The notes beneath the pieces were generated by a model. The model did no database searches, was not told the origin of the DNA, and worked only from the letters and a program-made list of their open reading frames with translations. A program made the translations under genes and the position numbers. Of a stretch of DNA of 20,000 nucleotides, positions 1 through 8,698 are shown piece by piece. This DNA comes from Trichoplax sp. H2 (Eukaryota). How positions within the stretch are numbered: the stretch's first letter is position 1; every line of letters begins with the position of its first letter. Location: assembly GCA_003344405.1 (NCBI GenBank), contig NOWV01000145.1:172294-192293 (forward strand), read 5' to 3'.

Positions 1-72
1 GATATCTTCAAGGCTGACGATATTAGCCTTGACGTTTGGATTCTTATCGTCTCTTGCAATAGAATGGGACAT
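1..72 (-). CDS. Possible first coding segment of a gene running off the left edge (MSHSIARDDKNPNVKANIVSLEDI...)
   Basis: ATG at 72-70 with a purine at -3 (GTCGGC-ATG), then 24 stop-free codons to the window edge. Too short to identify. Confidence 0.25.
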   Translation of the reverse strand, partial: MSHSIARDDKNPNVKANIVSLEDI

Positions 73-345
73 GCCGACAATGCAGTATACTGATATACAG
101 TACAGTGATAATCCGCTCGGTCCTATCACTGTTACTCAAGATAACTGACCATATTGACTGTTAGCCTAATCCACAAATGGATCGATTACACGATGATGTT
201 GGCCATCAGAGACGATTTCCAACTGGCCCAATGGCGATGAGCTTGATGAAATAAGATGGGGGGAGGGAGGGGAGGGCAAGGTCTCAGACTCTCCATGGCT
301 ACTGAGTGTAATGTCTACAGTGTACAGTACGTCTTCCGATGGATT

Positions 346-444
346 GAAAATACTGTACCGTACAGTACTGTACAGTACTGTACAGTATTTTCTGCAAGCT
401 GCGGACTGTACTGTACTGTACACTGAGTGTACAGTACCTTGCAG
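346..444. repeat. Cluster of self-complementary (TACAGTACTG)n repeats forming two adjacent inverted repeats
   Basis: GAAAATACTGTAC (346-358) is the reverse complement of GTACAGTATTTTC (380-392). GTACTGTACACT-G-AGTGTACAGTAC (413-437) has perfect 12-bp arms. It is flanked by CTGCAAG (392-398) and CTTGCAG (438-444). Confidence 0.9.
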
Positions 445-486
445 CCATTTTGGTCAATATTAAATAATGAATTAATTAATTAATTC

Positions 487-1054
487 AATAAATGTGGAAA
501 AAGACAAACAAGATATCACAGGCTTGCAATAGACAGAACAGTGCTGTAAGATGTTGTTATGGCCAGGTAACTGGCATGCAGAGCTCAATACAGTATCTAT
601 TTTTTTCTTTTCCGATTTCCCGGTGCAAGTGCTAGAGTGCGTGCATTGAGCTACTTGTGCTATGTTGCACGCCATTAAATAAATGAGAAAAAAAGACAAA
701 CAAGATATCACAGGCTTGCAAATTGCAATAGACAGTACAGTACTGTAAGATGTTGTTATGGCCAGGTAACTGGCAAGCAGAGCTCAATACAGTATCTATT
801 TCCCGGTGCAAGTGCTAGAGTGCGTGCATTGAGCTACTTGTGCTATGTTGCACGCCATTAAATAAATGAGAAAAAAAGACAAACAAGATATCACAGGCTT
901 GCAAATTGCAATAGACAGTACAGTACTGTAAGATGTTGTTATGGCCAGGTAACTGGCATGCAGAGCTCAATACAGTATCTATTTTTTTCTTTCCCTATTT
1001 TCCGGTGCAAGTGCTAGAGTGCGTGCATTGAGCTACTTGTGCAATGTTACACGC
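487..1054. repeat. Tandem array A: 3 copies of a ~185-190 bp unit
   Basis: Anchor GACAAACAAGATATCACAGGCTTGCAA at 503, 695 and 878 (periods 192 and 183). Copies are near-identical apart from short indels. Confidence 0.97.
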
Positions 1055-1200
1055 TCATTGACGCCTGTTTACGATGGATTGAGTTTTACACAGTGGCGTT
1101 AGCAGGCTTTCTGACTCTCATGGCGTACGTTGACTAGTATTGACAGTCCGGGGGGAGGACTTGTAGGAAGAGGAGAAAGAGCTGCTTTCTCTCCTGATTT

Positions 1201-1540
1201 GCGTGATACTATAGCTTGTAAAATTGTCGTCCGACTTGCGGACAGAGACAACGGACGGATAATCGGATCAGTTGTAGCCAGTCGTGCGTGATACTGTAGC
1301 TTGTAAAATTGTCGTTCGGCTCCTGCCTGCGGACAGACAAGGCAGACGGATGGACTCATTTGCCTTGATAGGATTGATTTCAGTTTTAGCGTGTCCGCGA
1401 TACTGTAACTTGTAAAACTGTCAGACCGAGCGGACGGGTGGATCAGTTTTAGTCTGTCGTGCTTCATACTGAAGCTTGTCAAATTGTCGTCACTCGGACA
1501 AGGCAGATGGATGGACTCAGTATTTGGCTTGCTAGGATGA
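1201..1540. repeat. Degenerate 4-copy repeat with ABAB higher-order structure
   Basis: Core GATACTGTAGCTTGTAAAATTGTCG-like at ~1205, 1290, 1399 and 1465. Copies 1 and 3 are followed by CGGACGG..GGATCAGTT, and copies 2 and 4 by GACAAGGCAGAYGGATGGACTCA. Confidence 0.88.
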
Positions 1541-1687
1541 TTGCTATTGTACAGTGTACACAAGGTCATTGAATGGCCAGACATCGTCTAACCTGGACTA
1601 CAATCAAATGCCGACAAGAAATCATTTTGTCTTGCTAATGCAATTTTGATGGCCTTGTATAGCAATAGGGACGATCCAATCCATTTT

Positions 1688-2275
1688 AAGTCTCTCTTCT
1701 CAACATTCCAATCCTCTTATTGATAGGCAACATCGATCATCGCCTTCGTCGCTTGAACATCAGGAGAAAAGCGTGATAACATATCGTTCATCGATCAAGT
1801 AAAACTACTTGTCATCGAGTTGATATTATTGAATGAATTTAGAACTAATTTCAATGCATGAAATGCATGAAGAATTGTAGTCAAGTCTCTCTTCTCAACC
1901 TTCCAATTCTCTCTTATTAATAGGCAACATCGATCATCGCCTTGGCCGCTTGAACATCAGGAGAAAAGCGTGATAACATATCGTTCATCGATCAAGTCAA
2001 ACTACTTGTCATCGAGTTGGTATTATTGAATGAATTCAGAATTAATTTCAGTGCATGAAATGCATGAAGAATTGTAGTCAAGTCTCTCTTCTCAATCTTC
2101 CAATTCTCTCTTATTGATAGGCAACATCGATCATCGCCTTCGTCGCTTGAACATCAGGAGAAAAGCGTGATAACATATCGTTCATCGATCAAGTCAAACT
2201 ACTTGTCATCAAGTTGGTATTATTGAATGAATTCGGAAGTAATTTCTATGCATTTTATGCATGAAGAATTGTAGT
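1688..2275. repeat. Tandem array B: 3 copies of a ~196 bp unit
   Basis: Anchor AAGTCTCTCTTCTCAA at 1688, 1883 and 2080 (periods 195 and 197). Each unit ends ATGCATGAAGAATTGTAGT. Confidence 0.97.
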
Positions 2276-4304
2276 TAATACTTCGCCATTCGTTCTCGTC
2301 GACAAGGACACTGGTAGAAAACGTGTCTACAGAAGGTGATCAACATCGATCACACTGGTGCAATAGTTGATTAGTGTGACAACAGTGAACAACCCACTAT
2401 TTGCTGTACAATATTTTCATTCCTGCATGGTACGCAGTCAAGGAAAATTCCAATTCTTCCCATCATTACTGCACTCCGTAGGACAAAGAAAAACTGTCAT
2501 ATTCGTATCGACTTTGATCGACTGGATTCCAATCCGACGCTGTTCAAATTCAATTTCCATCCCATCAACGTGTGCAGTCGTGCTGAACGACAATTCATTT
2601 TCAATCCCTATATAGACTGTACAAATAAATTCAATATAGTGGCATATCGTGAATTGAAATTCAATTCAAATAGTTGGAACCTGATCAATGTGTCAAGATA
2701 TCACGATCAATTAGTTGGTTGACTACGGGATTGCATTCATTCTATACATGATAGACGTCATTAGTGACTCATTACTCATCAAAGCGGCATCTTCAATTAA
2801 TTAATAATACTTGATTATCGTCTTCAACCTTAAGGTACAGTACAACGACACCATCTCAATTTCACTATCATCCAACGTGCTGATTGCCAAATAACAGGTG
2901 AGATAAGTAGACTGAAATTTTAAAATGCCGCACTAGCTAAACAGACGTTCAGTATCCATCCCTTGTCGAGATGACCAGTTACTTATCTAGGACGAGAACG
3001 ATAAAAACTGATTTCCCTCCCCCCCATCATTCAACTTGGATCAGTTTAAACAAATGCCTTGAACGGACACACTCTACTAGCACTGTCATCTTTCTAAGGA
3101 GAAATAGGTATAATCGTAATTGATCCTTCTTTGCATCCTTACTTGCATTACATAGAACGACATTTGATTGTAGTCTAGTCCATGATGACAATGTGGCCGT
3201 CACTCCTTATATCGATGACCAAAACTTACTTTAATTACGCTAAAAGTCTTCAACTACTCTTAAATAACTGTCAAATGGATGTACGTATTCCAATTACATA
3301 CATTAATTATCCTTCATCATGCAATATTATCGTGCCAATAAAGTAGATTACTTGCAATTTTTCTACCATTATTTGCCCTATTCTATTTTATTCATAGCAT
3401 TGATATAAATTAGTTATGTTAATTAAACGCAATAAGACGACGGCCAAACAATCCATACTGTGGCTCGATACCATGGCGTAAATGAAGAATGTAAATGTTA
3501 CTTTGTCGTCGCCCTCTGTAAACATTGTCTACAGTGATGCGATTGAAACAATTTCTTTCTTGTTTCATTTCGACAAAAAAGGCGCTCAGCTACGATAGAG
3601 GATCCCATTCAATTTTGTTGCTTTCCTATTTCTCGACGAGCTAGAGATTTAACAGTTTTTTCGTCAAACACTCAACTCGTATATTAGTCTTGACAGAAAT
3701 ACCTCGTCATTGTCGTACTTACTAAATAGATCCATTAGTCACAGTAGTTAGACAATCTTAAGTACACAAAAATCCTGATGTTGTCAATAAAGCACAGCGT
3801 CATCAAGGCCCTACAAGAATCGATATTGTAATACGTTATTAACTTAATAAGTTATTTGATTCCAACATAATTCTCAAATTGACTACGTTATTGATTTCAT
3901 CCAATATTCATACCAATGTCCAATCTTAACCTACTGTATTTCAATATCCTTGTCATTATTCGTTCATCTCGTATCATAGTTACATCCACGATTGAAAGAA
4001 AGAAACGTGACATGAATTATGCATTCTACTTGACAGTTTCGTACATAATGTGGGATCTTCACAAAAGCTTTATGCATATTTAGTACATGACTCCATCCAC
4101 TGGTTTGGGGCTTTAATATCAATAGCATCAATATTGACTTAGTCGCATTTTTTTCCTACTGTACCGGTCAGATTATAGAGAATTGTATGTGTGATTAACT
4201 ACAATTTCACCGCACAGACGGCATGGAGCTACAAGGTTATAAGTAAATATCGGTATAGAACTGTTGTATAATTGTGATTATAAAGAAAATAGGAATCAAT
4301 GGAC

Positions 4305-4757
4305 CACTAATAGACGCTCAAAGTTTGCCCTGCCCTTCTTAATGTATTCTCCAATAAATTTTATTTTATTGAAGAGGTGCTAAACTAACAGATAGACAAT
4401 TCCTTACTGGATTACTTCTTACTTAACGGATCATCCTTACACACAGCTTTACTTCGGCCCACTAATAGACACTCAAAGTTTTGCCCTGCTCTTCTTAATG
4501 TATTCTCCAATAAATTTATTGAAGAGGTGCTAAAGTAATAGATAGACACTTCCTTACTGGATCACTTCTTACTTAACGGATCATCCTTATATACAACTTT
4601 ACTTCGACTCACTAATAGACGCTCAAAGTTTTGCCCCTGCCCTATTTAATGTATTCTCCAATAAATCTTATTGAAGAGGTGCTAAACTAACAGATAGACA
4701 CTTCCTTACTGGATCACTTCTTACTTAACGGATCATGCTTACATACAACTTTACTTC
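4305..4757. repeat. Tandem array C: 3 copies of a ~150-155 bp unit, ending ~220 bp upstream of the carboxypeptidase ATG
   Basis: Anchor CACTAATAGAC at 4305, 4460 and 4610 (periods 155 and 150). Each unit ends CTTTACTTC. Confidence 0.97.
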
Positions 4758-4876
4758 AAGTACCTGCTACATTAACTATATTAGCCTGTCATAGATAATT
4801 ATAATTACATGCTACACGATATTAACTTTACATGAACTATATACGTATATACAGTATATGTTACGACCAAAACCCG

Positions 4877-4923
4877 ATATTCGGCCAATACACGTATTGG
4901 CCCGTAATATTTACCTATTATAT
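4877..4923 (+). promoter_or_regulatory. Candidate proximal promoter: palindrome with two oppositely oriented CCAAT boxes, followed by a TATA-like stretch
   Basis: GGCCAATAC-AC-GTATTGGCC (4883-4902) contains CCAAT at 4885 and ATTGG at 4896. TATTATAT lies at ~4916-4923. The ATG at 4976 is in a strong Kozak context (GACCATGG). Confidence 0.35.
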
Positions 4924-4975
4924 GATATTAAGCAATGTGAGTGACTGAATTTTTTTTCCAAAACTAGAATCGACC

Positions 4976-5062
4976 ATGGGATGGGCAACAACTCCTAAAC
5001 CGTGGCTTCTCTTGGTAATATTAATGTGGTGGTCTACCTATACTTTCAATCAAGCCCAAGGC
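4976..5062 (+). other. Probable signal peptide (aa 1-29)
   Basis: Lys followed by hydrophobic core WLLLVILMWW and an A-Q-G (-3,-1) site. The mature domain then begins IQSPEFDYHHY. Confidence 0.75.
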
Positions 5063-6301
5063 ATACAATCGCCTGAATTTGACTATCATCATTACCAGGA
5101 AATGTTGACATTCTTACAAAGTTTACAACATCAACATCCATCGATATCGCACCTTTACGATATTGGTCGATCTGTTCAAGGCCGTCGACTTTTAGTTTTA
5201 GCAATCGGTATAAATCCAAACCAACACGTACCTGTCAGGCCTGAATTTAAATACGTAGCGAATATGCACGGCAATGAAGCTGTTGGCCGTGAAATGTTAT
5301 TACATTTAGCGAAATATTTGTTAAATCATTACAATATTATCGATGATATAACTCAATTGCTGAATACAACTCGTATCCACATTATGCCATCGATGAATCC
5401 TGATGGTTTCGAAATAGCAGTCCAAGGCCATTGTACAGGTACTCAGGGTCGCTATAATGCCAATTATAAAGATCTTAATCGTAATTTTGATGATCCATAC
5501 TTAGAAAGGAAGGAATCTGTTCAGCCTGAAGTCTCTGCTATAATGGATTGGATCAAAAAGATTCCCTTCGTCTTATCGGCCAATCTACATGGCGGCACAT
5601 TAGTCGCAAATTATCCCTACGATAGTGTCAAACCTCATCTTATTCACCAAAATATTTATAGTCGATCACCAGATGATGATGTTTTTATCCAGTTATCTAA
5701 AGTTTACGCTAATAATCATCTTCTTATGCATTATGGCCAACCTAATTGCTCTGATAATCCCAGTGAACAATTTCCCAACGGTATTGTTAATGGAGCAAAG
5801 TATTATCCAATATTTGGTGGTATGCAAGATTACGTCTACCTGAATTCTAATGGGATGGAAATCACCTTAGAATTAGGTTGTTGCAAATATCCTAATAGCA
5901 AACAATTACCTGAATTATGGCAAGAAAATCGTCCTGCATTAATTGCGTATATTCAAGCAATTCATCTTGGAATCAAAGGATTTGTTACAGATGCAAATGG
6001 TAAAGGCATCGCTAATGCAGCTATCCAAACCGATCATAGAGAACATGTAGTGCGAACCGATCGCTCTGGTGATTACTGGCGAATATTATTACCAGGAAGA
6101 TATAATTTCACAATCTCAGCTGATGGCTATCCAACAGTAAAGAGATCGATAATTGTTCCAAAATACCAACAATCAAAATTCTCTGCAATGGCAGTTAATT
6201 TCACTTTATCGAATTCAGCATATACTTATAATACTCGTTCTACTCCCGGTATTATGAGTATTATTATTTGTGCTTTGTTTAGTTTACTATGGTCAGTTTA
6301 A
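4976..6301 (+). CDS. CPM: Carboxypeptidase M-like zinc metallocarboxypeptidase (M14B, CPN/E subfamily), 441 aa, uninterrupted ORF
   Basis: Motifs: PEFKYVANMHGNE (Zn ligands H98, E101), PSMNPDGFE, DLNRNF (166-171), FVLSANLHGG (Zn ligand H205), NYPYD (D216, basic-residue specificity), GGMQDY, EITLELGCCKYP (E295, catalytic E299). Transthyretin-like domain GIKGFV...GDYWRILLPGRY. A single CP domain, the CC pair before KYP and a hydrophobic C-terminus point to CPM rather than CPE/CPN/CPD. Orthology is inferred. Confidence 0.93.
   Translation: MGWATTPKPWLLLVILMWWSTYTFNQAQGIQSPEFDYHHYQEMLTFLQSLQHQHPSISHLYDIGRSVQGRRLLVLAIGINPNQHVPVRPEFKYVANMHGNEAVGREMLLHLAKYLLNHYNIIDDITQLLNTTRIHIMPSMNPDGFEIAVQGHCTGTQGRYNANYKDLNRNFDDPYLERKESVQPEVSAIMDWIKKIPFVLSANLHGGTLVANYPYDSVKPHLIHQNIYSRSPDDDVFIQLSKVYANNHLLMHYGQPNCSDNPSEQFPNGIVNGAKYYPIFGGMQDYVYLNSNGMEITLELGCCKYPNSKQLPELWQENRPALIAYIQAIHLGIKGFVTDANGKGIANAAIQTDHREHVVRTDRSGDYWRILLPGRYNFTISADGYPTVKRSIIVPKYQQSKFSAMAVNFTLSNSAYTYNTRSTPGIMSIIICALFSLLWSV
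6209..6298 (+). other. Probable GPI-anchor attachment signal
   Basis: Small residues S412-N413-S414-A415 (candidate omega site), polar spacer YTYNTRSTPG and terminal hydrophobic IMSIIICALFSLLWSV with no cytoplasmic tail. Vertebrate CPM is GPI-anchored. Confidence 0.7.
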
Positions 6302-7266
6302 ATATTCGAAAAAAATCCTATGTATTATGAAAATTATATCTACTATCGTGTGCTTTTCATAATGATTTAATATTGCATCGATATTATATTTTATCCTTTG
6401 CGCAATATCGACTGGATAAATTGTAAACAATCCCTTTTTTTCATACTGTATTACACTCTTTTATCCACATTAGTTATTTATCCCTTACATTTATCATATC
6501 GATTCTTAATTTTTTTGATATAATATTCACACTTAGTGAATCCTTGTAAAAATGTATACGTTTTTTTAAATTTTATTTTGAATAATGGTTTTCGGAGAGT
6601 AGAAAAGTTGTATTAATTGCTAGTATCTTTCTATCATATTCTTTAGTTATTACAGAAAATGTTATTAATATTTATCTATCATAAAAAATGGATTTTTTAT
6701 ATATATGTCACGGTATATACTGAATTGTAATTTTGTACAGGGAGTAAAGGCCTGACTAAAATATCAGAGTTTGTAATAGATCAACATTGTGTGGTGTTTC
6801 AACGATAGCAAACTTTCTATTTTAAATAAGTAGATAAGGACATAATTCTGCATATTGTTGACTTCTATATTATTGTTATTAAAGTTTATCTAAAGATATC
6901 GAGAAATCTTGCTAGTGTTCTTTAACAAGCTGTAGCAGCATCAATCATTTTATGAATTTTCGTCATTATTTTAATTAGAAGAAAAAGAGCATAAATGTCT
7001 GTTTTTACAAATTAGACAGGATTTATACACATACGTTCATTATATGTGCAAATTACGAGTATAGCACGGATGAATGTTACGATATTATCTCATTACCTAA
7101 TCAACAATTTCGCGTCGATTAATATTTGATATCAAAGAAGGATCAATTTTAAAAGTTACCATTATATCCGTATAAAATCAACTTACTAGGCTAAGCTGAT
7201 TTATTCCGAATAGAATTCATAATATCGGTCTATCACTTATCGAGCATGAAAAATAACAGTAGATGC

Positions 7267-7513
7267 ATATCATTTTGTTGTGAGCATTGAAAGACTATAA
7301 TAAGATAGCATCATAGGTTGGAGCAAAGTTAAAATCATGCTATAAATTAGATAGTAATTAATGTATATATTTCATCTATAAAGTATGAAAGTAACTGTAA
7401 ATTTATATCATTTTGTCGTGAAGAGCTATTAAAAGACTATGATAAGATAGCATCATAGGTTAGAGTAAAGTTAAAGTCATGCTATAAATTGGGTAATAAT
7501 GTATCTTTCATCT
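7267..7513. repeat. Two-copy direct repeat, period 138 bp
   Basis: ATATCATTTTGT at 7267 and 7405. Both copies share AAAGACTATRATAAGATAGCATCATAGGTT...TCATGCTATAAATT...TTTCATCT. Confidence 0.92.
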
Positions 7514-8235
7514 CATGGCGTAAATCAGCTGATACACAAGTTACACTGTTTGTTGCACTATTGCCAAAAATAGCTAAAAATGTAATTATTTAGTGGCATA
7601 AAGTAAAAAGCGAATATACCGTACATACACTTTATCATTATTGTTAATATCAAAATGATACGGTTCAGCGAATATTCATCATGACTACTGCTTTTTATAG
7701 TATTTATAAAATAGATAATGGTGATCTCGTAGCCAAGCAGTTACAGTCATTGCATGCTAAAGAAATCCTACATTTTACAATTAAGTTACCCTAGATCTTA
7801 TCATTAAGATAAAAAGATAATTTCTGAAATTTCATACGATTCAAATAAATACCCGGAACATTTTCTATTGCACACCGCTATCATAAATCTTTAACACCCT
7901 TACAACTAAAATAAAAATCGGTTTTGCTGTAGCAATATGATAGTTGTTATTATGGTTGAGTAGTAGTATAAGAGACTTATAGTAATTTGATCTTACTGAA
8001 TCATAATTATAATCTTGACAATAGTATAGCAAAATCAGTTGATATCAATCCGATATCAACATTAGTGATTTCGTAATTTATTTCTAAAATATTAATTATC
8101 CTAAATTAGTTTACGTATGCAGCTATTATTTTAGATAGCGAGAGATGTATTAATTTTATGTTTGGCAAGATGAATTTAAAATTATACTCTAAAAATATCA
8201 ATAATCATGTACCTAATTTAAGTAATTCCAATTAT

Positions 8236-8698
8236 ACGCTATTATTAATTAATCAATGCAATACTATTAATAACACGTAATTGGAAATGTGGACTGATCT
8301 TTCAAAGTTATTTACGCAACAGCACTGATTTGTAGAAAAAATACCCGTATAAAGTGGTACATTAGTCAAGAGTATATCCCGTACCATTAAGAAATAGATT
8401 CTTCCCATTGATATATCAATACATTTTTTAAAAATTTAGACTATTCCTTTCATCGATATAATACAGTATATCGGTTTAATAAAGTAATCAATTAATCACG
8501 CTACTATTATTAATATAAATTGTATAGTTATTTTATTCGAAAATTATATATTATGCATTAATAAACTTTAGTGCCAGTACATGTTACAATAATGTGACTG
8601 AGCTTTCTTTACTCGAGATAATATGCATGGCAGCTTACAACTGACATTACTTTTATTAAATATAAAGTTATAGAGTGGTATTCTAGTTGAGAGTGTAT
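8236..8698. repeat. Highly diverged ~300 bp direct duplication
   Basis: Three colinear block pairs: ACGCTAYTATTA (8236/8498), AATGTG(G)ACTGAKCTTTC (8286/8591) and TATARAGTGGTA..TAGT..AGAGTRTAT (8348/8669). Confidence 0.55.

Noticed and set aside
1201..1540. CRISPR-like repeat/spacer appearance
   Set aside because: Linkers are related to each other and uneven in length, repeats are degenerate, there are no cas genes, and the context is eukaryotic.
166..1584. Minus-strand ORFs 166-423, 472-711 and 1099-1584
   Set aside because: They are translations of palindromic, G-run or tandem-repeat DNA with no protein motifs. Indels between repeat copies do not consistently preserve frame.
487..2275. 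Retrozyme/hammerhead interpretation of arrays A and B
   Set aside because: No CTGANGA core in either unit on either strand (closest is CTGATGT in array B, minus strand).
2367..2665. 82-aa + ORF and an overlapping stop-free minus frame
   Set aside because: No recognisable domain, non-ATG start and no convincing exon boundaries.
5625..5843. 72-aa alternative-frame ORF inside the carboxypeptidase
   Set aside because: Shadow ORF with a GTG start and no motif.
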